DNA from: Scenedesmus sp. PABB004
Lineage: Eukaryota
NCBI GenBank assembly: GCA_014905635.1
Contig: JABVCE010000003.1
Coordinates: 248,001 to 312,000, forward strand
DNA length: 64,000 nucleotides
Direction: 5' to 3'
How positions within the stretch are numbered: the first letter of the stretch is position 1; each line of letters begins with the position of its first letter. The notes under the pieces were generated by a model. The model was given only the letters and a program-made list of their open reading frames with translations, made no database searches and was not told the DNA's origin. The position numbers and the translations under genes were made by a program. Shown here one piece after another: positions 23,690-35,083 of the stretch.

Positions 23690-26600
23690 ATGGTGGGCGA
23701 GCGCTGCTCACCCGCAGAGTACCCGCCGCGCCGCCGCGCTGCGCTGCTCACGCGCCGCGCCCCTGGGGCCCATCTCGCACTCGCTCGCAGGACATTCGCA
23801 AGTTTTTCGGCCCCAAGCCGGGCACGGGTGCGCTGGGTCGACGACGGGCGGCCTGGCGCAGTCGCGGCGCCCGCGCCGGCGCGCCGCGGCGGCCGCACGG
23901 CGGCGCCGCGCCGAGTGCTGAGTGCGCTGCGCGCCGCCGCTGCTGCGCGCGCGCCCGCAGGCGCGGGGGCGCCCAAGAAGGAGAAGAAGCAGGCGAGCGG
24001 CGGCGGCCGGGCGCGGGGCGGCGCCGCGCCTGCACAGCTGCGGCAGCGCGCACGCGCTGGGCGCGCGCCCACGCCGCCGCGCATCCGCAGGAGCCGGCCG
24101 CCGCGGCCGCCCAGGCGCCCGCGCCGGCGCCCGCTGGCGCCGCCGACGCGCCCAGCCCCGCGGCCGCTGCCGCGAAGAAGCCCGCGCGGAAGCGCAAGCT
24201 GCAGAAGAAGCACGACAGCGACGACGACGTGGTGCGCGGCCTGGCGCGGCGGCAGCGGCGGGGCCTGGCGCGGCCGTGGGGGCGCAGTGCAGCAGCCGCG
24301 TCGCCGGCGCTGGCGGCAGCAGCAACAGCGGCGGCAGCGGCGGCGCCAGCGGGCGCGGCGCGCGGCGCGCGCCGACGGGGCCGCCGCCGCCGCGGCGGCG
24401 CGCGCAGGTGCTGGTTGACAGCGACCTCGAGGACAGCGACTATGAGGAGGAGGGCATGGACCTGGACGGCGGCGCGGGGGACGACGACAGCGAGGTCGTC
24501 GACCTCGTCGACGACGACAGCGACGACGAGCCGGCGGCCAAGCCCGCGAAGCGCGCCAAGCCGTCGGCGGCGGCCAAGCTCAAGCTGTCCGCGCCCGGCG
24601 CAGGGCAGGGCCCCGGCAAGGCCAAGGCCAAGGCGAGCCCCAAGGCCAAGGCGCCGGGCCGGCCGCGCAAGGCCAAGGGCCCCGAGATGGTCATCGAGCG
24701 CAAGGCCAAGGGCGACGCGGAGGGCGCCGAGGGCGGCGCCGCCGCGCCCTCGCCGGCGAAGCGCAAGAAGAGCATGGAGGCACGCCGCGCGGCCGGGGGG
24801 CGGGGGGCGCCGGCGGCAGGGCGCGCAGCGCGCCGCGCGCGCGTGCGCGCCCGCGCCCACGCCGACGCCCGCCGCCGCGCCGCCGCGCGCGCGCCGCAGG
24901 GCCAGGACGCGCCGCTCGCGCCCAAGAGCGCGCGCAAGACGACGGTGAAGAAGACGGCGCTGTCGGACGCGGCGCAGGAGGCGGTCGACGCGGTCGAGGC
25001 GACCGCCGCGTCGCTGCCAGAGGTCGCCAAGTCGAGCGTGCTGTTTGCCAACCCCACCAACTCCTACGCGCCCATTGAGCAGGAGCCCGCCGCGCCCGGC
25101 TCCAAGGTGCGCGGCGCCGGCGGCGCCGGCGGGTCGCGCGCGCGCTGCGCCGGCTCACGTGCCGCGCGCGCACGCCGCGCGCGCGCACGCCTCGCGCCCA
25201 GGCGGTCCCGCGCGGCCACCCCGACGCGTTCACGGGCAAGGCGTTTGTGTTCAGCGGCGTGCTGTCCAGCATGTATCGCGACCAGGCGCGCGAGCTCGTG
25301 CTCGCGCACGGCGGCCGCGTGACGACCGAGGTCAGCAGCAAGACCGCGTTCCTCGTCGTCGGCGACAACGCGAGCGAGCGCAAGTTTGAGCGGGTGCGCG
25401 CGGCGCCGGGCGGCGCCGCCGCGCGCCGCCGCCCCCGCCGCCGCGCGCCGCGGCCGCCCACGCGCGCCCGCTCGCGCGCGGCCCCGGCGCGGCGCAGGCG
25501 CGCGACTGCGCGGGCACTGGCTGCCGCATCATCAACGAGGACGGCCTGCTCGCCCTCGCGGCCGCAAGCGAGCACCCCGACGGCCCCCTGCCGCCGCCGC
25601 CGCCGCCGTCCGCGGCCGGCCTGCTGCCCTCGCAGCCGCAGCCCAGCCCGCTCGCCGCGAGCGGCAGCCAGGGCCAGCGCGGCGCGGCGACGCCGGGGTC
25701 GGCTGCGGCGCCCCCGAGCCAGCGCGGCACGCCGCCGAGCGCGGTCGCGGCGGGCAGCTTCCACCGCGGCGGCGCCAGCGGGCACGCCGGCGGCGCGGGC
25801 GCGTCCGGCGCGGCCGGCCCGAGCGGCGCGGCGCGCGCCGGCGGCGGCGACGGCGGTGAGGGCGGCGCCCCGCGCCGCGCGCCGCGCCACCCCGCGCGCG
25901 CCGCCCCGCGCCGCCCCGCGCGCGCCGCCCGAGCCCTGTCCGCCCGCGCACCGCCGCGCCGCGCCGCCGCGCCAGGGTCGAGCCTGTGGGTGGACAAGTA
26001 CAAGCCCAAGTCGAGCACGGAGCTGGTGGGCAACGGCACGATTCAGTCGGTGCTGCGCCAGTTCCTGCACCAGTGGGAGGCGGTGCACCTGCGCGGCGCG
26101 ACGCCGCAGCAGGCCGCCGACGGCGGCAAGAAGACCTACGAGATGGGCAGGAAGGCCGTGCTGCTCAGCGGCCCGCCCGGCATCGGCAAGACCAGCGCCG
26201 CGCACATCATCGCGCGGTGCGGCCCGCCGCCGCCGCGGCCGCCGCCGGCGCCGGGGACGCGCGCGCGGCGCCGCGCCCGCGGCTCAGCCCCGCTGGCACT
26301 GGCGCCACCGCCGGCGCTGACGCCGCACCGCCGCCGCCTGGCGCGCCACGGGTGGGTGCCAGGGAGGTCGGGTACGAGGTGGTCGAGGTCAACGCGTCGG
26401 ACGCGCGCGGCAAGAGCGACAACAAGACCGCGGCGGGCATCGGCGGCAAAATGGCCAACGTCGTGCGCGAGATGGTCACGTCCAACGCGCTCGCCCGCAG
26501 CGGCGGCGCGCGGCGGCGCCAGGTGCTGGTCATGGACGAGGTGGATGGGATGTCGGGTGAGACCGCCGCGCGGGGGCTGGGGCACCGGGGGGGGGGGGGG

Positions 26601-29171
26601 GGCGCCGGCGGGCACCTGCGGCGGCGGCGGCGGCGCTCACGGCCCGCGCCTGCCGCGACGCGGCGCGCCCGGCGCAGCCGGCGACCGCGGCGGCGTGGCG
26701 GACCTGATCGCGACGATCAAGCTGAGCCGCATCCCCATCATCTGCATCTGCAACGACAAGTACAGCCAGAAGCTGCGCTCGCTGCGCAACCACGTGAGCG
26801 CCGCGGCCGCCGGCGTGGCGGCCGCCGACGCAGCGGCCGCCGGCGCGCGTGCCGCCCACGGCGCGCGCGCCGCCGCGCCGCGCCGCGCGCAGACGATCGA
26901 GCTGGACTTCCGCAAGCCGACCGCGATCCAGGTCGCGGCGCGCATGGCGCGCATCGCGGCGGCGGAGGGCCTCGCCGTGAACGACGCGACGCTGCGCACC
27001 ATCATCGAGGGCGCCAACGGCGACCTGCGCCTCGTGCTGGGCCAGCTGCAGGCGCGTTGCCGCGCGCGCGCGGCGCCGCCGCGGCGCGGGGGGCACGCGC
27101 GGCGGCGGCGCGCGCGCGCGCGCGCGGCGCGGGCGCCGCCCACGCCCCGCACGCGGCCGCGGCGCCGCGCGCAGATGGCGCGGCTGCGCGCGACCGCGCT
27201 CGACTTTGCGTCGGCCAAGGCGATGGGCGCCAACGGCAAGGACGCCGACATGAGCCCGTTCAAGGCGGTCGACCGACTCATGGGCAGCCGCGGCGCGGAG
27301 CGCCCGCCCAGGCGCGCCGCCGCGCCGCGCCGCGCCGCGCCGCCCGCGCCGCCCGCTCCCCCTCACCCTGCCGGCCCGCGCCGCCGCGCCGCCGCCCGCG
27401 TTGCCGCCCGCGCAGCGTGAACGACCAGCTGGAGCTCATCTTCTCGGACGCCGACTTTGTGCCGCTGCTGGTCGCCGAGAACTACATCAACTACCGGCCA
27501 GAGATCGCGCAGAGCAACGTGCGCGCGCGCGGGCGGGCACGCGCTGCCGCCCCCGCGCGCGGCGCGGCGCGGCGCGGCGCAGCAGCGCGGCCGAGCGCGC
27601 CCGCCCACCCGCCCCCGGGCGCGCCCGCCGCGGCGCGGCGCGGCGCGCGCGCAGGACAAGCAGAAGGGCATGGAGCTGCGCATGCGCGCGCTCGCCAAGG
27701 CGGCGGACAGCATCAGCGCGGCCGACGTCGTCAACGTGTCGGTGCGGCGCCACGGCAACTGGGGCCTCATGCCCTTTGGCGCGGTGCTCGGCGGCGTCGT
27801 GCCGGCGGCCTACATGCACGGCTACCGGGAGGGCTTTGACACCTGGGACGTGAGCGACGCCGCGCGCCGGCGCGCGCGGGCCCCGCCACCCGGGGCAGGG
27901 CGCTGCGCTGCAAACGCCTTGGCGCGCGGCTGGGCGCGACGGCTCACGGCGCGGCGCCGCCGCCGGCCGCGCCGCCCGGCGCAGACCTACACGCGCTTCT
28001 CGGCGTGGTTTGGCAACAACAGCCACCAGGGCAAGCAGAAGCGGCTGCTGGCGGAGCTGTCGTGCAACATGGCCGCGTCCGAGGCGTTTGCCTCGTGCGG
28101 CCGCGCCAGCGTGCGCCTCGACTACGCGCCCGCGCTGCGCCAGGTGCGGCGGGCGGCGGCGCCGCGCCGCGCCGGGCCCGCGCGCCGGGCCGCGCGGCGC
28201 GCGCGCCGACACGCCGGCGCCCGGGCGGCGCGGCGCGCAGGTGCTGACGCAGCCGCTGGTGTCGCGCGGCGAGGCGGGCATCCCCGACGTGGTGGCGGCG
28301 ATGCAGAGCTACTGCATCACGCGCGACCAGCTGGACTACGTGCTCGACGTGACCAAGTTCAAGAGCAAGGCCGAGTGGGCCAAAAACCCCTACGACGCCG
28401 TGGAGTCGCGCATCAAGGCCGCCTTTACGCGCACCTTCAACAAGGAGGCGCGCGCCGCCGCCGCGCCGCCGCCGCCGCCGCCGCCGCCGCGCCGGGCGCC
28501 CGCGCGTGCACGCGGGCGCGCCCGTCGCAGCGCCGCCCGCGCCCGCACCCGCGCCCGAGCCCGCCTGTGCCGCGCCGTGCCGCGCCGCGCCGCGCCGCGC
28601 AGTGGGGCAAGGTCATGCCGCGCAGCAGCGCGCTCATGCCCGAGGTCAGCCTGCGCCCGCTGGCCAAGGGCGGCAAGGGCAAGGCCGCCAAGGCGCCCAA
28701 GGCCAAGGCCAAGGCGCGCAAGCCCGCCGGCGACGGCGAGGCCGACGAGCTCGCGGGCGAGGGCGTCGCGGCGGACGCGGAGGGCGGCGCGGCGCTGGCC
28801 GAGGAGCCCGCGGGGCTGGGCGACGGCTCGCCGTCCAAGGTGCGCGCTGGGCGCGGGCCGCCCTGCCCGCGCCCCGCGGCCGTGTGCGCGCGGCGCGCGC
28901 GCCCTCACGGCCGCCGCCGCTGCCGCCGCCGCCGCACGAGCTGCAGGTGAAGAGCGAGGAGGAGGAGGAGGAGCTCACGCCGGAGCAGGTCGCGGCGCGC
29001 ATGCAGGGCGGCGGCATGCAGTTTGAGGCGCGGGCCGAGGGCGGCAGCGGCGGCGCCAAGTCGGCCGGCCGCGGGCGCGGCAGCGGCCGCGGCGGCGCGA
29101 GCGGCGCGGCGCGCGGCAGCGGGCGCGGCAGCGGGCGCGGCAGCGGGCGCGGGCGCGGGCGCGGCAAGTGA
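23690..29171 (+). CDS. RFC1: Replication factor C subunit 1
   Basis: M|DIRKFFG N-terminus; BRCT domain (GKAFVFSGVLSSMYRDQARELVLAHGGRVT); LWVDKYKP; Walker A GPPGIGKT; VEVNASDAR; Walker B VMDEVDGMS; IPIICICND; GDLR; RIKAAFTRTFNK. Confidence 0.95.
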
Positions 29172-29320
29172 GCCTGCCGCGGCTGTGGCGCTGACTGCGG
29201 TGGTGGCCCAGGGCGTTGCTGCCGGGCGGGGAGTTGTTGCAGCAACCTGTTGCGTGCCGAGCCGCCGACCCAAAACTCGCGCACGCGCCCCGCTCCGCAC
29301 GCGGCAACCGCACGCGCCCG

Positions 29321-29372
29321 CGCCCGACGCCCGCGCCCGACGCCCGCGCCCGACGCCCGCGCCCGACGCCCG
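29321..29372. repeat. 13-bp minisatellite (CGCCCGACGCCCG)x4
   Basis: Four perfect units between the convergent 3' ends of RFC1 and the small TM gene. Confidence 0.85.
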
Positions 29373-29422
29373 CGGCTCGACGAGAAACGGAGCGCGCGGC
29401 GCCGCACAAAAAGGAACGCTCA

Positions 29423-29832
29423 TCAGGGGATGAACGCCTCGGGCGGCGGCGGCTGCAGCTCGCCGCCGCGCAGGTCCAGCAGCTGCACCAGCACCAAGTA
29501 CGCGACGCCAAAGATGACGCTGATCGCGCCCGTCACGATCGCGGTGCCCTGGCCCTTGGCCAGCAGCGGCGCGGCGCCGGGCTGCTGCTCCACCTCTGCG
29601 CCCGCCGCCGCCGGCGGGGGCGGCGGCGCGGCGGCCTGCTGCGGCTGCTCCCCGCACCACCGGGCGCGGCGCCCTCGGGCTCGGCGGCGGCGGCCACGCG
29701 CCGCCGCGGCGCGCTGCGCTGCTGGCCACGCGCCGGCGGCGCGGCGCGCGCGGCGCCCGCGGGCGCGCCGCCGCGGGCGCGGCCGCCTGGCCGCGCGGCC
29801 CTGCTGCCGCAGCGCTGCGCCGCGAGCTGCAT
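29423..29832 (-). CDS. Small plastid-targeted single-TM protein (cyanobacterial-type AIxTGAIS..AYLxLVQLLD.RG motif)
   Basis: Arg/Ala-rich transit peptide, then GQGTAIVTGAISVIFGVAYLVLVQLLDLRGGELQPPPPEAFIP*. The two frames are joined either by a ~62-nt intron or by a 1-nt indel at 29650-29653. Confidence 0.75.
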
Positions 29833-30504
29833 GGCCGTCGCCTCGGCGCGCGGAGAGGGCGGGTCGGTGGTGGTGGCGGGCGCGCGCGGCGACGACGCTG
29901 GGCAGGTCGCTGGTGGGCGCGCGAGTGAGTGTTCAGGCCGTGGCCGGGCGGCGCGAGCAATTGAGGCGCTGAGGCGAGCGCGGCGGGCACTCCTCCAAAC
30001 CCCGGAGGCCTCCTGCTCAGCAGCGCATCGCGCCGCTCGCGCCGGGCGCCGCGCCGTCCCTGGCCCGCCACAGCGCTCGTGCCTGGCGCGCCACCCCGGC
30101 CTGCCGGCGACAGCGCCCACCCTGGGCGATTGCTCGAGCGTGCAGCGCGCGCTCCGCCCGCGCGCGCGGCCGCAGCGGGCCGTGTCGGCAAGGAGGGCGT
30201 TGGGCGGCGTTGGAGGCACGATATTTTGAGCAGCGGCGCCGCGGGGAGCGCCCGGCCGCAGCAGCAGCGCGCCGCAGCAGCACGCCGGCGCGCGGCATGG
30301 CCTGAGGTGCGCCCCCGGCCGGAATTGGAGACGACGCGGCGTCAATGCACGCGCGCGCCGCGGGGCGCGGCGCCCGAGCGCGCTGCGCGGCGCGGCGGCC
30401 CCGTGCGCCGCGCGCGCGGCGCGGGCGGATCACCCGCGGGCGCCCACGCCTCACCCGCGCTCCGCAACCGTCGCAGGCGCGCCGCGAGGAGCAGCAGGCC
30501 CGCC

Positions 30505-33494
30505 ATGGCGCCGGGAGCGGGCCCCGCGCCAGCCATGCGCCAGCAGCAGGCGCCCGGCGCGCCCTCCCGCGCGCTGCGGCCGCCCGCCCGCGCCAGGAGC
30601 GGCGCGGGCGCCGTGCGCTGCAGCATCGGCGGCACCAGGTGCGCTGCGGGCGCCGCCGCGGCGCGCGCTGGCGCGCGGCGGCCGCAGCAGCAGCAGCGCG
30701 CGCGCGCCGCGGGCGCGGCAGCAGCAGGGCCGCCGGCAGCGCCGCCGTCGCCGCTGCTGGGGCCCCGGACGACGCGCGCGCGCCGCCCGGCCGCGCGCGC
30801 GCATGCACGCGTGCCGCTCATGCGCGCCGCCCGCCCGCCCGCGCCGCCAGCAGGCGCACCGGCAGGCACAGCCGGTCGCCGCAGCGCACGCAGGTCAGCT
30901 GCCCCGCGGTGGAGCAGGACACGGAGCTGCCGTCCGCCTCCAGCCGCGCGCACAGCAGCGAGGGTGCGCGAGGCGGCGCCGCGCGCGGGGGCGCACGCGT
31001 CGGGGCGCGCGCGCGCGCGCGCGCCTGCCCGCCCGCTCGCCATCGAGCGCGCGCGTCAGCCGGCGCGCCGCGCGCAGAGTTCTCGCTGCACGCGCTGTAC
31101 GGCGACGAGCTGGCGCTGGGGCAGCTGCCTGAGTTTGACCAGGCGGCGGAGCGCAAGGCGGAGCTCAAGGCGCTCAGTGCGCGCATCAAGGGGTGAGAGC
31201 CCCGCGCAGCGCCGCGCGCACGCAACGCGCCCGCGCGCGGGCGGCAGCAGCGCGGCCCACCGACGCGCTGCCGGCGCCCGCGCCTGCGCCCGCGCGCGCG
31301 CCGCCGCGCCGCCGCAGGGCGGGCAGCCTGCCGCTGCTGTGCGCGGTCATCCAGGCCGAGGGGCACGCGTTTGAGCACAAGACCGCGAGCCACGCACTCT
31401 ACCGCCTCAGCTCGCTCTGCCGCGCGTACTTCACGCAGTTTCACTGCGCGCAGCTCACGAGCCGCGAGGCGCAGCAGGCGGCGTGGGCGGGGTACGTGGA
31501 GCCCGCGCTCGCCGCGCTCGGGCAGCTGCTCATCCGGCACATGCCTGGCTGCGACGCGTGGGGCGTCGCGATCAGCTTCTGGGCGTACGGCAACCTGCAG
31601 GCCGCCGACGAGGCCGTGTTTGGCGCGCTGTGCGAGCGCGGGCTGGCGGTGATGCCCGACTTCACGCCCCTCGACTGCGCGAGCGCGCTCGTGGGCATCG
31701 CCAAGCTGCGCCTGCGCCCGCGCTGCGCGCGCGAGTTTGTGGACCACCTGCTCAACCACACGCACGAGCTGCTGCAGCGCGTCGACGCGTGGGGCAGCCA
31801 GGAGGTCGCAAACGTGCTGTGGGCGCTCTCGCGCATCGGCGCCGCCGGCCCGCCGCGGCGCGCGCTGCTCGAGGGCCTGCTGGAGATGGCGCTCTGGCGG
31901 CTGCCCGACTTCAAGCCCCGCGAGCTCGCGCTCATCATCTACTCGGCCGGCCGGCTCCGCCTGCGCCTGCCGCTGCAGCTCTCGCGCCTCACCGCGCACC
32001 TGTGCGCCCGGCTGGGCGAGCTGTCGCCGCTCGACGCCGCGCACGTGATGTGGGGCTGCGCCAAGCTCGACTTCAACCCCGGGCACGAGCTGCTCGACCG
32101 CCTGCCGGGCGTCATGGTGCCGCGACTGTCCGAGTTCAAGCCCCAGGTGCGCCGCCGCACCGGGCCCGCGCGCGCGCCGCCGCCGCTGCGCGCTGCGCGC
32201 TGCGTCCTGCCCCGCGCCGCGCGCCCTGCCCCGCCGCGCGCGCCCCCGACCGCCGCCCGCCCGCGCCCCCGCGCAGGAGGTGTGCAACCTGCTGTACGGC
32301 TACGCCAGCCTCGGCCACGTGCACGCGGGCCTGCTCGAGGGCGTCGCGGCGGCGTGCGGGCCGCGGCTGTCCGAGTTCTCCAGCCAGGACCTCTGCCTCA
32401 CCGTGTGGTCGTACGGCATGCTGCGCTACGCGCCGGCCGACCCCGCCTTCTTCGACGCCGCGTGCCGCGTGCTGCTCGCGCGCTCGGCGCGGCTGCTGCC
32501 GCTGGAGCTCGCGATGGCGGTCAAGGGCTTTGCGCGCGCGGGCTACCAGCCGCCGCCCGAGTTCATGCGGTCCGTCGCGGGCCTCGCGGCGGCAAAGCTG
32601 CACCAGTTCAGCCCCGTCGAGTACGCGCAGCTGCTCTGGGCGTACGCGGCGCTCGGCTACCGCGACGTCCCGCTCTTTGAGGCGGTCGTGGGCCACGCGA
32701 TCGCGGGCCTCTCCACCTACAGCCGCCGCCTGCCCAAGACGACGGTCGACACCATCGTGTATGCCTGCGAGCGCGTCGGCTTCTGGCCGCAGAGCCTCGT
32801 CGACACGGCGGAGATGCGCGGGCTCTACGTCAAGACCAGCGCCAAGGCCGAGCGCGTCGACGGCATGGAGCGCCTGCTCGGCGCGGCGGGCGGCGGCGGC
32901 GGCGGCGCCGACGGCGGCGGCGGCCTCGGCGCGGCGCTCGCCGGCGCGCTGCTCGCCGGCGACCTGCAGCAGGCGCAGCTCGCGGCCGGCGGCGCCGCGG
33001 CGCGCGCGCAGCAGCAGCAGCAGGAGCAGCAGGAGCCGGCGGCGGCGCGGCGGGCGCGGCAGCAGCAGCAGCAGCAGCTGGCGGCGCAGGACGAGCTGCA
33101 GGCGCAGCGTCACGCGCAGCAGCCGGAGCCGCAGGAGCAGCAGCAGGATCAGCAGCAGCAGCAGGGCGGCAGGGCGCAGCCACGAAGCGGCAGCCCGCGG
33201 CGGCCCGGCGGCAGCAGAAGCGCCGCCGGCAGCAAAGCGGCGCCGGAGCAGCCGCCGGCGTCGCTGCAGCTGCTGCACCCGCCGCGCCGCCTGCCCGCGC
33301 AGCCTCTCCTGCCGGGGCTGGCGGCGGTGCCGCCGGCGGCGGCGCGGGCGCCTGCGGTGCCGCGGCCGCCGCCCAGCCTGCTGCCGTCCAGGGAGGTCGG
33401 CGGCACTGCGGCAGCGCGAGCGGGCAACGGCGGAGCCGGCCAGCGGCCCACGCTGCTGCAGATGCAGCAGCAGGCGGCGCAGCACCTCTGGTGA
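30505..33494 (+). CDS. Octotricopeptide-repeat (OPR)-like organellar RNA-binding protein
   Basis: Repeated ~38-aa units: WGSQEVANVLWALSRIG, FKPRELALIIYSAGRL, FKPQEVCNLLYGYASLG, FSSQDLCLTVWSYGML, FSPVEYAQLLWAYAALG; Gln-rich tail. Start codon less certain. Confidence 0.85.
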
Positions 33495-33512
33495 GGCAGC
33501 ACCTCTGGTGAG
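33479..33512. repeat. 17-bp tandem duplication spanning the OPR stop codon
   Basis: GCAGCACCTCTGGTGAG x2. Confidence 0.9.
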
Positions 33513-34069
33513 GGGCGTGCCGCCAACGCGCGGCGCGCGCCCCAACAGCGCTGTGAGCCCTGTGAATGAAAGCGGCTGGCGGGCGGCAGCGCCGCAGCCG
33601 ATCGACGCCGTCTCTCTTTGTTTGTGGCGAAACGGAGCACGCGGCGCTCCGCCGGCGGTGCCCGCGTGCAGGCGGCGCCTGGCGCAGCGCGGGCAATTGC
33701 CCGGGCGCGGCGGCGCGCTCTCTGTTGCACGCGAGGTAACGCCCCTGTACTTCCGCTGCGCTCGCCCACCCCCCGCCCCCCTGTCCGTCAAGAGAGCAGT
33801 CCTGCCGCCCCCGCCCGCCCGGGCGCCGCCCCGCCGCTGCGCCTGCAGCGGCGGGGCGCCGCGGCGCCCGTCCCTCCCATCCCAGCGCCGCTGCCGCTGC
33901 CGCTGCTGCTCTGCTGCTCTCCCGCCACTGCCACACTGCCGCCGCCGCCGCGCCGCAGCCGCTGCTGCCGCTGCCGCGCCTGCCGCGCCGCCGACGCTCC
34001 GGGAGGGAGAGCGGCGCGTCGCGTGTCGTCGGCGCGCGGCAGGCCCCGGCTGGTCGGGCGCAGCTGCCG

Positions 34070-34703
34070 TCAGACCTCGTCCTCGTTCAGCAGCATGTTT
34101 GGGATGCCCTTGGCCACGGGGAAGCGCCGCCCCGACTCAGGGCACACCAGCGCGCCCTCCTCCAGGCACACCTGCGGCGCGGCGCGTCGGCGGCGCGCCG
34201 CGCGGCGGCGGCCGCGCGGTCTCCGCCGCGCCGCGCCGCGCCGCGCACCTCGAGCAGCGCGTGGTGGAAGCGTTGCAGGAAGCCGTCTTCTTGCAGCAGC
34301 TCCTCGCCCACCTCATCGGGCAGGCCCTCCCCGCACCCCATCTGCGAGCGCCAGGGCGCGCAGCCGTGGGCGTGCCGACGGCCGTGGGGGCGGCCGGGGG
34401 CCGCCGGCGCAGCCGCTGCCGGCCGTGCGCGCGCGCACCGCCTGCGCGCCCTCCCGGAAGGCCTTCCAGTCTAGCCGCTGGTACATGGAGCGCAGGAAGT
34501 CTGGAGGCGCGGGAGCAGCGCGTGAGCGCGCCGCCGGCGCGGGCGGCGGCGGCGGCCACGGCAGCAGCGGCGGCCGGCGCGCGCGCACCGGGGTCGTAGT
34601 CGGCCGTGCGCTCGTCGATCTTGACCGCCTCTATGCGCAGCGGGTAGCCGTTCTTCACGCCCTTGACGTGGCACTGCAGAAAGTTGTGCGTGAGCAGCTT
34701 CAT
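34070..34703 (-). CDS. TRM112: Methyltransferase activator TRM112
   Basis: [73 protein letters not shown]; 3 introns. Confidence 0.96.
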
Positions 34704-35083
34704 GCCGGCGGCGCTGCTCCGGCGGCGCGCCGGCGGGCCCAGGAGCGGCGCGACTGCAGAGTGGGCCAGACGCGGCAGTGGGGGCGTGGAGCGCTCCCTG
34801 AGCTGCGGGGCGCCGCGGTTTGGGCGCTTGAGCCCGCCAGCGCTCGGCCAGCTCCCCGGTGCAGCGCCGGCCGCCCGCGCCGCGCAGCCACTCCTCGACG
34901 CTCCCTCACACCGGCGCGACCGTCACAGCTCCGCCCGAGCAGCAACAGCAGCAGCAGCAGCGGCGGCAGCGGCGGCGGCAGCAGCGGCACCTGATTGTGC
35001 TGGCGCCGGCGCGCAGGGGCTACGCAGTGCGCCTGCAGCAGCGCGCGCGGTGACAGTCCCGCCGCCAGCTCCAGGGGGGCGCC

